Shown: positions 47,753-56,327 of the stretch, in pieces | How positions within the stretch are numbered: position 1 is the first letter of the stretch | Layout: every line of letters starts with the position of its first letter | Source of the DNA: Ostreococcus lucimarinus | Taxonomy: Eukaryota | Strand: one strand, 5' to 3' | Assembly (NCBI GenBank): GCA_000092065.1 | Contig: CP000585.1 | Length of the DNA stretch: 64,000 nucleotides | The notes under the pieces: generated by a model | Seen by the model: the letters and a program-made list of their open reading frames with translations, nothing else | The model's database searches: none | What the model was told of the DNA's origin: nothing | Program-made: the position numbers and the translations under genes

Positions 47753-48724
47753 TTAAAAGAGCGTCTTGGACAGCGTCGCGACGGCGGCGCGGAGGACTTT
47801 GGCGTCGCCGCACGCGATGACCTCGCCCTGGAATTCGCCGGACTCTAGAGACGCGCGATCGGCGGTGAAACGCAAGGCGTTGCCCTTCCAGTCGGTCATG
47901 TAACCGCCCGCGCCCTTGACGATGGGGACGAGCGCCATGTAGTCGTACGGCTTGAGGTCGGCTTCGACGACGAGGTCGGCGAATCCCATGGCGAGTAAAC
48001 CGTAGGCGTAGCAGTCGCAACCGTACATTGGAATCTTAACCTTACGCGCGAGGGTTTCGTAACGCGCGGCGTTCATGCCTTCGAACATTAACGGCGTGGT
48101 GCTGTACATGTACGCGTCGCCGACGCTCTCGCACGGCTTGACGGATATCGGCTCGCCGTTCATCGTGCTCACGCGTCCACTGACCCCTATCCATCGCTCC
48201 TTGAGCACGGGTTGATCTAAAATCCCAAGCACGGGCTCGCCGTCGTGCAAAAGCGCGATTAACGTCCCCCAAAGTGGTTTACCCGTGATGAAACTCTTCG
48301 TCCCGTCGATTGGGTCGAAGACCCACGTCCACTCGCTCGACCCGCCCGCGCCGAGTTCGATCCCGTGTTCCTCCCCGAAGATCGCGTGCGTCGGGTACTC
48401 TCGCGTCACCATCGCTCGCATCACCGCCTCCGCCTGCTGATCCGCGATCGTCACCGGCGACGAATCCTTTTTATCCTCCACCTCGACGCCGCGCGCGCGA
48501 AAGTACTTCGTCGTCGTCCCGCCCGCGGCGTCCGCGAGCGCCTCCGCGAATCGCACGTACGCCTCCGGCACGACGACGCGCGGCACATCGCTCGCATCGC
48601 CCATCGCCGCGCGCGCGGTCGCGCGCGCGCGCGTCGCGCGTCGCCTCGAATTCGCGTCGCCTCGAATCCGCGTCGACGCCGACGCGCTCGCCGCGCTCGC
48701 CGCGCGCGCGTCCGCGGCGCGCAT
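47753..48724 (-). CDS. Histidinol-phosphate phosphatase of the inositol-monophosphatase family (plant IMPL2 / HisN-type)
   Basis: The track start at 48835 is a GTG, and the first in-frame ATG is at 48724. IMPase motifs are FGEEHG, WVFDPIDGTKSFITGKPLWGTLIALL and YGCDCYAYGLLAMGFADLVVEADLKPYD, with a HisN-type C-terminal WKG. The pre-sequence is Ala/Arg/Ser-rich. Confidence 0.8.
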   Translation of the reverse strand: MRAADARAASAASASASTRIRGDANSRRRATRARATARAAMGDASDVPRVVVPEAYVRFAEALADAAGGTTTKYFRARGVEVEDKKDSSPVTIADQQAEAVMRAMVTREYPTHAIFGEEHGIELGAGGSSEWTWVFDPIDGTKSFITGKPLWGTLIALLHDGEPVLGILDQPVLKERWIGVSGRVSTMNGEPISVKPCESVGDAYMYSTTPLMFEGMNAARYETLARKVKIPMYGCDCYAYGLLAMGFADLVVEADLKPYDYMALVPIVKGAGGYMTDWKGNALRFTADRASLESGEFQGEVIACGDAKVLRAAVATLSKTLF

Positions 48725-48884
48725 CGCGCGCGGGACGCGCGACGGAACGCGACGCGCGACGCGAGCGCGCGACGCGAGCGCGCGACGCGAGCGCGCGACG
48801 ACGTGTGCGGTCGACCGAAGCGGCTCGGTCGACACATTTGGTCGTCACAGAGCGACGCGCCTCCGCGTCACCGCGCGCGCCGCG

Positions 48885-49002
48885 ATGGCGGACACGAACC
48901 GAATCATGAAAGAGCTGCGCGAGATCGCGAGCGACGTCGCGTCGCAGGTCAAGGTGACGCAGCACGGGGACAGTTTGGTGCACATGAAGGGCACCATCGC
49001 GG
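48885..49002 (+). CDS. UBE2K: Ubiquitin-conjugating enzyme E2 K (UBC core + C-terminal UBA), exon 1
   Basis: ATG verified at 48885. It encodes MADTNRIMKELREIASDVASQVKVTQHGDSLVHMKGTIAG, matching human UBE2K (MANIAVQRIKREFKEV...IKVDLVDENFTELRGEIAGP). Confidence 0.9.
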
Positions 49003-49070
49003 GTGCGTGCGCGCGATCGCGACGCGGCGAAACGCGTCGCGAGAGACTGACGGGCGACGGCCGCGCGCAG
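49003..49070 (+). other. UBE2K: Spliceosomal intron (68 nt, GT..AG, phase 1) in UBE2K
   Basis: Donor is G|GTGCGT at 49003 and acceptor is gcgCAG| ending at 49070. G plus GA reconstitutes a Gly codon, giving ...TIAG-PSETVYEGGTF..., which aligns with human ...EIAGPPDTPYEGGRY.... The length is not a multiple of 3, which explains why the two exons fall in different track ORFs (48885..49157 and 48365..49531). Confidence 0.9.
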
Positions 49071-49531
49071 GACCGAGCGAGACGGTGTACGAGGGCGGGA
49101 CGTTTCACATCGACATACAGATCGGGGCGTCGTATCCGTTCGAACCGCCGAAGATGAAGTTTCTCACCAAGGTGTGGCATCCAAACGTGTCGAGCCAGAC
49201 GGGGGCGATTTGCCTGGACGTGCTGAAGGATCAGTGGTCGCCGGCGTTGACGCTGAAGACGGCGCTGTTGTCGTGTCAGGCGCTGCTGGCGGCGCCGGAA
49301 CCGGACGATCCGCAGGACGCGCAGGTGGCGCAGATGTACACGGAACGACGAGGGGAGTTCGACGAGACGGCGAGGACGTGGACGAAGAAGTACGCCACGG
49401 AGGATCAGAAGGATCCGGTCGTCGGGGAGTTGATGGAGATGGGGTTCAGTGAGGGTGCGGTATTGAAAGCGCTGACGAAGTGCGGTGGGAATAAGGATCG
49501 CGCGGTCGAGGAGCTGTTGGGGGGGGCTTGA
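49071..49531 (+). CDS. UBE2K: UBE2K, exon 2 (UBC fold remainder + UBA domain)
   Basis: It encodes [69 protein letters not shown]...ELMEMGFSEGAVLKALTKCGGNKDRAVEELLGG. This closely matches human UBE2K ([69 protein letters not shown]...LCAMGFDRNAVIVALSS). Confidence 0.9.
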
Positions 49532-49637
49532 ACGCCGCCGTCGATTCGGTTTGCGCGAACGATGAACGTCGAAACGAACTACAATAGCACAGCACAACGC
49601 GCTTCGAGGCGCAATAGCGGATACGTACGATAAATAA

Positions 49638-50279
49638 ATGACACATAATGATCGCATCCAATTTATTCCCAAGTGGCACGTTCTGCTCGTGATTTTGTGC
49701 GCGTTCACGTCGTCGTACGCGGCGGCGGAGTCGGAGGCGAGGGCGCGAGCAACCGCGGCGCGAGTTCGCACCGCCGATGTCCGCACGTGCACCGGTCGAC
49801 CGGTAGACGCGCTCGTCGTCGGGCAAGCCATATGCTTGCGACAGCAAATCGATACCGCTTTGATTCAACCGCTTCCTCTGAGCGACGTGGACGTGGACGT
49901 AAAGGTGCTCGTCGGCGACGTCCAACAGCCTCTTCGAGGCGAACCTGTCGTCGACGCAGCGACGGATTCTATCACGTTTACATTCGTGCCGACGCGCGAT
50001 GCACGAAGCGGACGACTAAGTGTGGAGACTAGTGTGCAGCCGTCGAGCGATCCTCGCGTGAGTGCGGGGTATTACGATGTCATCTGGTACGAATTGAGTG
50101 TTGTGTGGCCAACATTTTTCTCGTATCGCGAGGTGGATGTGGCGCCGTCGACTGTGGAAGAGGAAGAGGAAGAGGAAGAGGAAGAGGTCAAGGCGGAGGT
50201 GGAATTCAACCCATTCCCCTGCACGTGGTTTCTCGGCGCCGATTATTTGTGCAACTCCACGACGTGGATATCAGGATGA
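49638..50279 (+). CDS. Hypothetical secreted protein candidate (signal-peptide-like N-terminus, poly-Glu tract), next to an unusual AT-rich island
   Basis: ATG at 49638 inside the AT-rich stretch ataaataaatgacacataatg. The N-terminus is MTHNDRIQFIPKWHVLLVILCAFTSSYAAAESE, and EEEEEEEEEEE is encoded by (GAAGAG)n at about 50150-50195. No homology recognised; it may be non-coding 3' region of the convergent UBE2K/helicase pair. Confidence 0.3.
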   Translation: MTHNDRIQFIPKWHVLLVILCAFTSSYAAAESEARARATAARVRTADVRTCTGRPVDALVVGQAICLRQQIDTALIQPLPLSDVDVDVKVLVGDVQQPLRGEPVVDAATDSITFTFVPTRDARSGRLSVETSVQPSSDPRVSAGYYDVIWYELSVVWPTFFSYREVDVAPSTVEEEEEEEEEEVKAEVEFNPFPCTWFLGADYLCNSTTWISG

Positions 50280-50324
50280 CTACTTTAAGATTGTTGAAAT
50301 GTACAGCTCTACATCTACGATTTT

Positions 50325-52931
50325 CTACTCGGCTTTTCTTCGTCGCGGAGCTCGCTTCGACTTAGGACCAGACGTCGCGTTTTCTGACGACAGCGTGCTC
50401 GAATCTTTTATATTCGCATTCACTGCCTTAGCTTTTCGCAGTGGAAGGGGTAGCAGCGCGTCGGAACCCGTGACTTTTGCGATGAGATCGCGAGACTTCT
50501 CAATTCTGTCTCTCGGCGTGCCTTCTCGCTTCCGCGTCGGCGGCGGAAGATCAACCGCAACTCGAGCGCCCCAATCGGTTTTACTTTTCCCACGAGACGT
50601 ACGTGATGTTGCCTTACCGCGCGAAGTCGACGGTATCGACACCGAGCGCTCCGGTTTCTTCGATCCAGTGAGCATCGCCGAGATACTGTCGAGCAAAAAC
50701 GAACGCCTCGCCGGTTGCGCGCTCTGCCCAAACCTTCGGCGCTCGCGCGCGTGACACAACATCAACTTGCGCTTCGCACGTGTGATGCCGACGTAAAACA
50801 GGCGAACTTCTTCATCTTGGTCGTCTTCACTATCGCCGTTACGCACAAAAGGAATCAACCCTTCCTCGACGCCAGAAATGAATACGCTGTTGAACTCCAA
50901 ACCTTTACTCGCGTGCATGGTCATAAGTTTGACCGTGTCTCCTCCTTCTTCTTCCTTGCTCTCGGCACTCGTGAGTAACGATATGCCTTCCAAAAACGAA
51001 CCTAAAGCTTCCAGGCCAACGCGATCCTGGATGGTTTCGTCAATGTCTTGCGGTGGCTCTTTCGCCAAGTTGATGAGCTCCTGCACAAACGCCCAACGCT
51101 CGTTGCCATCGTCGGCATCTTGCACGAGGGTGTCGTAACCCGTACATTTGATAATCGCTTCCAGCAGTTCGCCCGGTGTCGAGCTTTTCGCCTTCTCTCG
51201 GGTTTCCGCCATGAGCTGTGAAAATTTTAGTACAGCAGATCTCGCGCGCGTCGTCAATCCCATTTCCTCCGCGCTCGGCAGCAGTTCGGTCTGCCCTTCG
51301 TCGCCTTTGGTTCTCCAAGCGCCGTTGAACAGGGCGTCGCCGATTGACGGTGGAACGCCATCTGTTTTCGGAAGCGTATCAATCCATGCGCTGAGCTTTT
51401 CGATGGTTGAGTTCCCGATGCCTCTCGTTGGCGTGTTGATGATTCGGTTCAGACTCACCGTGTCCGCCGAGTTGGACACCACGCGCAGGTACGCGATCAT
51501 ATCTTTAATCTCCTTACGACCGTAGAACGATGTGTCGCCGATAACTTTGTGCGGTACGCCCGCACGAATAAACGCTTCCTCGAGCACTCGAGCCTGCGAG
51601 TTGGTTCGATACAAGACAGCGATTTCTGAATACCGTAAATCCGGGTCCTCCTTGACTGACTTGCGCGCCTCTAAAGCTATGAATTCGGCCTCTTCGCGAT
51701 CGTCATTTGCCTCGACGATCGCGACGTCACGTCCACCCGGGGTGTTCGCGACGAGGTCCAATGGCGACGGGAAAGCGCTTTCCTTGATGACTGCCTGCGC
51801 CGCCTCGACGATGGTCGCCGTACTTCTGTAATTCGTCGTCAGCATGTGCGTCTGGACATCCTTGAAGTCTTCATCGAACTGCGTGCGAATGTTTGCGACC
51901 TCGGCGCCGCGCCAACCATAAATAGCCTGATCGGCGTCGCCCACGACGAACACTGAACCTTGCGGCTGAGATAATTTTCTAATCAACTCGTACTGCGTCG
52001 TCGAAGTGTCTTGAAACTCGTCAACGAGTACCTGGCTCCATCGATGCTCATAATACGACCGTACGTCCGGGCACATCTCCAACATCGCCACTGTCGCCGA
52101 AAGCAAGTCATCAAAGTCAAATGCGTTCGCTTGCCGCAAACCGAGCTCGTACTCGTCGTAACACTCCACGAAGCGCTCGTGCGACATCGGCGGTATGGGC
52201 TTGTGCGCGTCCAAAAGTGCCCGCAACATGTGTGACCCATTCAACCCGACCGAGTGTTTCACGCACGACTTCGACGTACTAATCCAGTTTCTCATCGGTC
52301 CCGGCTGCGCCGTCTTCTTCGTCTCCCCAAACTTGTTCACCAACACGCCCTGCACGATTTGCTTGCTGTCGTCGGCGTCGTAAATCGTAAACTCTCCCGT
52401 TCGTCCTATGCCCGGAATTCGATCGCCGTGTCGTCGCAGCATCCTCGCCGCGACGGAATGAAACGTCCCTGCCGTGATCTCTCGCGCCGCGGCGTCGCCA
52501 ATCTTATCCCTCAATCTTTCTCGCAGTTCGCGCGCCGCCTTATTCGTAAACGTGATGCACAAAATCTCCCTCGGCGGCGTCTTCAGCTCGTGAATCAGGT
52601 GCGCGACGCGTCCGATGAGCACGTGCGTCTTCCCGGACCCCGGACCCGCGAGCACGCGCGTCGCGCCCACGGGCGCGAGCACCGCGGCGCGCTGGTCGTC
52701 GTTCAAACCGCGCACGTGCGGCGGTTCGAGCGCATCAACCGTCGCTTCAGCGCCCCACGGCGCGGCGGTGTACGTCCTCGCGCGCGCGCGCGCCTCGGGA
52801 TCGACCGCTCGCGTCACGCGCGACATTCCCGCCGCGCGCCGCGCGCACGCACGCGCGCACGCGCGCGCGCGCGTCCCGAGAGACGCGCTCGATGGCACCA
52901 TCGCGTGCGGCGTCGGCGCGCTCGCGCGCAT
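50325..52931 (-). CDS. UvrD/PcrA/Rep-family ATP-dependent DNA helicase with an Ala/Arg-rich (organelle-targeting-like) N-terminal extension and a basic C-terminal tail
   Basis: ATG verified (cat at 52929-52931). Walker A is AGPGSGKT. Motifs Ia FTNKAARELRERL and II VLVDEFQDTS are present. The C-terminal motifs are MTMHASKGLEF and VGITRAKRKLML. Confidence 0.85.
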   Translation of the reverse strand: MRASAPTPHAMVPSSASLGTRARACARACARRAAGMSRVTRAVDPEARARARTYTAAPWGAEATVDALEPPHVRGLNDDQRAAVLAPVGATRVLAGPGSGKTHVLIGRVAHLIHELKTPPREILCITFTNKAARELRERLRDKIGDAAAREITAGTFHSVAARMLRRHGDRIPGIGRTGEFTIYDADDSKQIVQGVLVNKFGETKKTAQPGPMRNWISTSKSCVKHSVGLNGSHMLRALLDAHKPIPPMSHERFVECYDEYELGLRQANAFDFDDLLSATVAMLEMCPDVRSYYEHRWSQVLVDEFQDTSTTQYELIRKLSQPQGSVFVVGDADQAIYGWRGAEVANIRTQFDEDFKDVQTHMLTTNYRSTATIVEAAQAVIKESAFPSPLDLVANTPGGRDVAIVEANDDREEAEFIALEARKSVKEDPDLRYSEIAVLYRTNSQARVLEEAFIRAGVPHKVIGDTSFYGRKEIKDMIAYLRVVSNSADTVSLNRIINTPTRGIGNSTIEKLSAWIDTLPKTDGVPPSIGDALFNGAWRTKGDEGQTELLPSAEEMGLTTRARSAVLKFSQLMAETREKAKSSTPGELLEAIIKCTGYDTLVQDADDGNERWAFVQELINLAKEPPQDIDETIQDRVGLEALGSFLEGISLLTSAESKEEEGGDTVKLMTMHASKGLEFNSVFISGVEEGLIPFVRNGDSEDDQDEEVRLFYVGITRAKRKLMLCHARERRRFGQSAQPARRSFLLDSISAMLTGSKKPERSVSIPSTSRGKATSRTSRGKSKTDWGARVAVDLPPPTRKREGTPRDRIEKSRDLIAKVTGSDALLPLPLRKAKAVNANIKDSSTLSSENATSGPKSKRAPRRRKAE

Positions 52932-53278
52932 CTACCACCGTCGACGACGCGACGCTCGACGATCTCGCGCGCGCGACGATCGGCGATCTCGATCGCTGTG
53001 CGTCCACGCGCGCGCGACACGTCGGCGTCGGCGTCGACGCGCTGTGCGGCGGCGAGTGCGCGCGTCACGATGACGAGGACCAACACCCACGATTTCGAGC
53101 GACACTCTGCCGCGCGTCCACACGCGATCGCACGTCCTCGACGCGAATCGCGGCGGAGGAAACGATCTAGATCTCGCGTTTTCGACCGCTTGATCGACGT
53201 GTGCGCGCGCTGCGTTGAGCGCGAGACGCGATCTTGATCGCGATTGTGAATCGTGTCGGAGGCACCGGAACGCGGAAA

Positions 53279-54829
53279 ATGGCGGTGATGCGCGCGAGAG
53301 CGAGCGCGAGAGCGAGCGCGATTGCGTTAACGATCGTCACGTTCGTGGGCGTCGCGGCGACGGCGCGAGCGGAGATGTTTAACCCGTTTCAGAGGCCAAA
53401 GACCAAGGGCAAGGTGAGCGAACACGAAATCATTGCCGAAGCGCCGACGGATGATCACGTGTTGAAGCTCGATGCGAGCATCTTCGACAACGAGTTGAAA
53501 AAGTCGAAATATAACTTCGTGATGTTTTACGCGCCGTGGGATGGGCACTCAAAGGCGTTCATGCCGCGTTGGATGTCTTACGCGCAGTCGCATAAAATGG
53601 CGGGCACGGAGATGACGTTTTCGCTCGTGGACGCGACCAAGGAACGCGATTTGGATAAGCGATTCGAAATCGAGGAATACCCGACGCTCATATTGTTCCG
53701 TGATGGTGTGCCGAAGAGGTACGTGGGCGATCGATCGCCGCAACACTTGGATAAGTTTGTTCGAAGAAACTTGCTCAAGCCGGCGCGTTGGCTGGAAGGC
53801 ACGGACGACGTCGAAGTTTTCTTGATGGGTCGCGACGTCACCGTTATCGGGTTCTTCGATAACAAGGATGATTTGGACGTGTACCACCACGCCGCGGCTG
53901 AGTTTGATCTCGACTTTGGCGAGACGAAGAGCAAAATCGCCACTGAAGACTGGAAAGCGCCGTTCCCGACCATCAAGATGTGGCGCGACTTTGACAAAGA
54001 ACCCGTTAGGTACCCCGGCGACGTGCGCGATTTGGATGCTATCAAGTCCTGGATCGCCACTGAAATGGTCCCACCGATCGTGAAGTTCGAAAACAAGAAG
54101 CAACTCGAGCGCCTTTTCATGGGTCCGATCGCTGCGAACATCTTCGTATTCTTACCCGAAGACGCGACCGAAGCCGAGAAGATGTCGAAATCTTTAGAAA
54201 GTGCGGCCAGACAACTTCGTGGTAAGGTGCACATCATCACCGTCGATGCCAAAGAAACTGTCATGCATGACTACTTCTCTCTCCGCGAGAGCGACGGGCC
54301 GACGATTCGCCTTCTCTCGCATGACTTGAAGTATCAATACAAGGGCTCATTGGAGGCCGCCGAGATCTCAAACGATGTCGTGCACTTTTTCAAGGAATTC
54401 GAGGCGAAAAAGCTCGTGCCGTTGCTCAAGTCGCAAGATCCGCTCCCCAAGGACGGTGACGTTCTGCAAGTTGTCGGTAAGACGTTCCAGTCGTTGCTCA
54501 TGGATAACGACAAGCACGTCTTTGTTTGGTTCTACGCGCCGTGGTGCCGCACGTGCAAGGCGATGAAGCCGGTGTGGGATAAGCTCGCCACGCTTTACAA
54601 GGATGAGAAAGACATCATCATCGCCAAGATGGATGCGACGAAGAACGAGGCGAAGGATTTGCACGTTCGACACTATCCGACCGTGTACTACTATCATTCC
54701 GGTGATAAGCCCAGACACGAGGAATACGACGGACACATGGAAACGGATGCGTTCACCGATTTCCTCACCGAACGCACGGGCAAGAGTCCGCACAAGAGAC
54801 GTCGCCGAACGCCGCACATGGAGCTTTAA
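53279..54829 (+). CDS. Protein disulfide isomerase-family protein (signal peptide; first thioredoxin-like domain lacks the CxxC, later domain has CRTC active site)
   Basis: The track start at 53234 is a TTG, and the ATG is at 53279 (MAVMRARASARASAIALTIVTFVGVAATARA). The first thioredoxin-like domain has YAPWDGHSK in place of WCGHC. The C-terminal domain has FYAPWCRTCKAMKPVW. The C-terminus is ...PHMEL. Confidence 0.8.
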   Translation: MAVMRARASARASAIALTIVTFVGVAATARAEMFNPFQRPKTKGKVSEHEIIAEAPTDDHVLKLDASIFDNELKKSKYNFVMFYAPWDGHSKAFMPRWMSYAQSHKMAGTEMTFSLVDATKERDLDKRFEIEEYPTLILFRDGVPKRYVGDRSPQHLDKFVRRNLLKPARWLEGTDDVEVFLMGRDVTVIGFFDNKDDLDVYHHAAAEFDLDFGETKSKIATEDWKAPFPTIKMWRDFDKEPVRYPGDVRDLDAIKSWIATEMVPPIVKFENKKQLERLFMGPIAANIFVFLPEDATEAEKMSKSLESAARQLRGKVHIITVDAKETVMHDYFSLRESDGPTIRLLSHDLKYQYKGSLEAAEISNDVVHFFKEFEAKKLVPLLKSQDPLPKDGDVLQVVGKTFQSLLMDNDKHVFVWFYAPWCRTCKAMKPVWDKLATLYKDEKDIIIAKMDATKNEAKDLHVRHYPTVYYYHSGDKPRHEEYDGHMETDAFTDFLTERTGKSPHKRRRRTPHMEL

Positions 54830-54835
54830 CAATTG

Positions 54836-54865
54836 TGTAATGTCATCCGCGCTGTATCTATTACA
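54836..54865. terminator. Back-to-back TGTAA polyadenylation signals serving a convergent gene pair whose stop codons are 37 bp apart
   Basis: TGTAA on the plus strand at 54836-54840 follows the PDI stop at 54827-54829. TTACA at 54861-54865 is TGTAA on the minus strand, after the DUF445 stop at 54867-54869. Confidence 0.45.
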
Positions 54866-54866
54866 A

Positions 54867-56252
54867 CTATGCGAACGCTAAGAAATACTGCGCTACGCCC
54901 GTCAAAGCGCCTAATACCCCACCCACGACGATGAGTTTGATTTCGTCTTGCTCGAAAACCGGATGCAAAACGCGCTCGAAATCCTTTGCAGGAAGCTTTT
55001 GCATTCGCTCGCGCACCGTATCCTCGATGCCGAGCGCTTCGTTTTGATAATCGTATGTCACGGGCACGCAATCGGGAATCGAAGCAAAAATCATGTCTAC
55101 GATGGTGCACTTGATTTCGTCATACTTTTCCGCGCCGATGATGAGCTTTGCCGTCGTCACCGAGCCGATGGCTTTATCAAAAAAGTTTTCGGCGTTTCGT
55201 CGCACGAGGGCTTCAAACTTTTCCTTGTACGTTCCGTTCATCATCTCTTCCCACAAGTTCTCGGCGTTGCAAAAGTGAAGTTGATTCAAGCGCGCAAACT
55301 CTTCGCTCACTTCGTTTTGGCGCCTCAAAAACACGCCGTGCAACGTGACGCCGCACACGCGCTTTGGCTCGATTGGCTGGAAAATCACCTTCAACGCGAC
55401 GAAATTCGTGAGGTAGCCCACGGCGAATCCGAAAAATGGAAGCAACCACACTCCCTGCTCCGGAGCATGCTTGTCGACAAAGTAAAACACCACCATCTGC
55501 ACCAAACCAAACGCAAAACCAAAGTAAATCCCGCTCCGCTCGATGAATACGAACTCATTCGCGCCGACTTCTCGAAACATGTTGACCACCTTGTCCTTAT
55601 TATTCACCGCCAGCGTCACCACCATCGTCTTCAAATCCAGCACGTCGTACACATTTTCCATCAAATCCGCGATTATGTCTTCCAACAACCCACTCGATTG
55701 CGCCATGGCCTCCGCGACCATCTCCTCCCGCACCACTCTCGGCAATCCTTGCCAAAACGTCGGCGCCTCCCGCGCGAGCACCGTCTCAAATATATCCTCC
55801 GTCACGCACCGCATCTCGGGATCCATGATGCTCGCGAACGTTTTCGGCTCCAACCTCGTGAAAATTTCCTTGATATCGATCAATTTCTTCGTCATGAGAT
55901 CGACCAATATCTCCGCCATCTCTCCCGCCTTGCTCGGGATGATCCCTTGCCATCCGCCGAGCGCGCCGAACGGCTGCCCTTTCACTTGCGCAAACCTCAA
56001 GAACCCCGGGAAGAACTCGAGCGGATAGAACGTCATCTTCAGCGCGACGACGTTCGTCCCCCAGCCCACGGCGGCGGCGATGAACGGGATGAGCGCGTAT
56101 CGCCAGAGCGGCGTGGTCGAGTCAGCGGCGAGCAGTCGTCGCCGGAGACGCGTCGCGCCGTCGTCGTCGTCGGTCCAGCGCGCGAGCGCGAGCGTCGCGG
56201 CGACGTACGTCGTCGCCGCGAGCGTCACCGCGCGCGGGAATCGCCGGCGCAT
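54867..56252 (-). CDS. DUF445-family (YheB-like) membrane protein
   Basis: The 841-aa track ORF is coding only in its 3' part. The ATG at 56252 (MRRRFPRAVTLAATTYVAATLALARW...) fits, with hydrophobic N-terminal helices followed by GWQGIIPSKAGEMAEILVDLMTKKLIDIKEIF...LPFFGFAVGYLTNFVALKVIFQPIEP, a DUF445-like sequence. Everything upstream is antisense to the Deg protease gene. Confidence 0.6.
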   Translation of the reverse strand: MRRRFPRAVTLAATTYVAATLALARWTDDDDGATRLRRRLLAADSTTPLWRYALIPFIAAAVGWGTNVVALKMTFYPLEFFPGFLRFAQVKGQPFGALGGWQGIIPSKAGEMAEILVDLMTKKLIDIKEIFTRLEPKTFASIMDPEMRCVTEDIFETVLAREAPTFWQGLPRVVREEMVAEAMAQSSGLLEDIIADLMENVYDVLDLKTMVVTLAVNNKDKVVNMFREVGANEFVFIERSGIYFGFAFGLVQMVVFYFVDKHAPEQGVWLLPFFGFAVGYLTNFVALKVIFQPIEPKRVCGVTLHGVFLRRQNEVSEEFARLNQLHFCNAENLWEEMMNGTYKEKFEALVRRNAENFFDKAIGSVTTAKLIIGAEKYDEIKCTIVDMIFASIPDCVPVTYDYQNEALGIEDTVRERMQKLPAKDFERVLHPVFEQDEIKLIVVGGVLGALTGVAQYFLAFA

Positions 56253-56327
56253 CGCGTCGAGCGCGCGACGCGGCGGAGAAGTGGCGTCGTCGGCACAGGG
56301 AGACGCGCGGTCGCGGTCGCGTCCGTC
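56253..56327. promoter_or_regulatory. 75-bp divergent promoter region between the DUF445 gene (-) and the Deg protease gene (+)
   Basis: The two ATGs are at 56252 (-) and 56328 (+). Confidence 0.4.
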
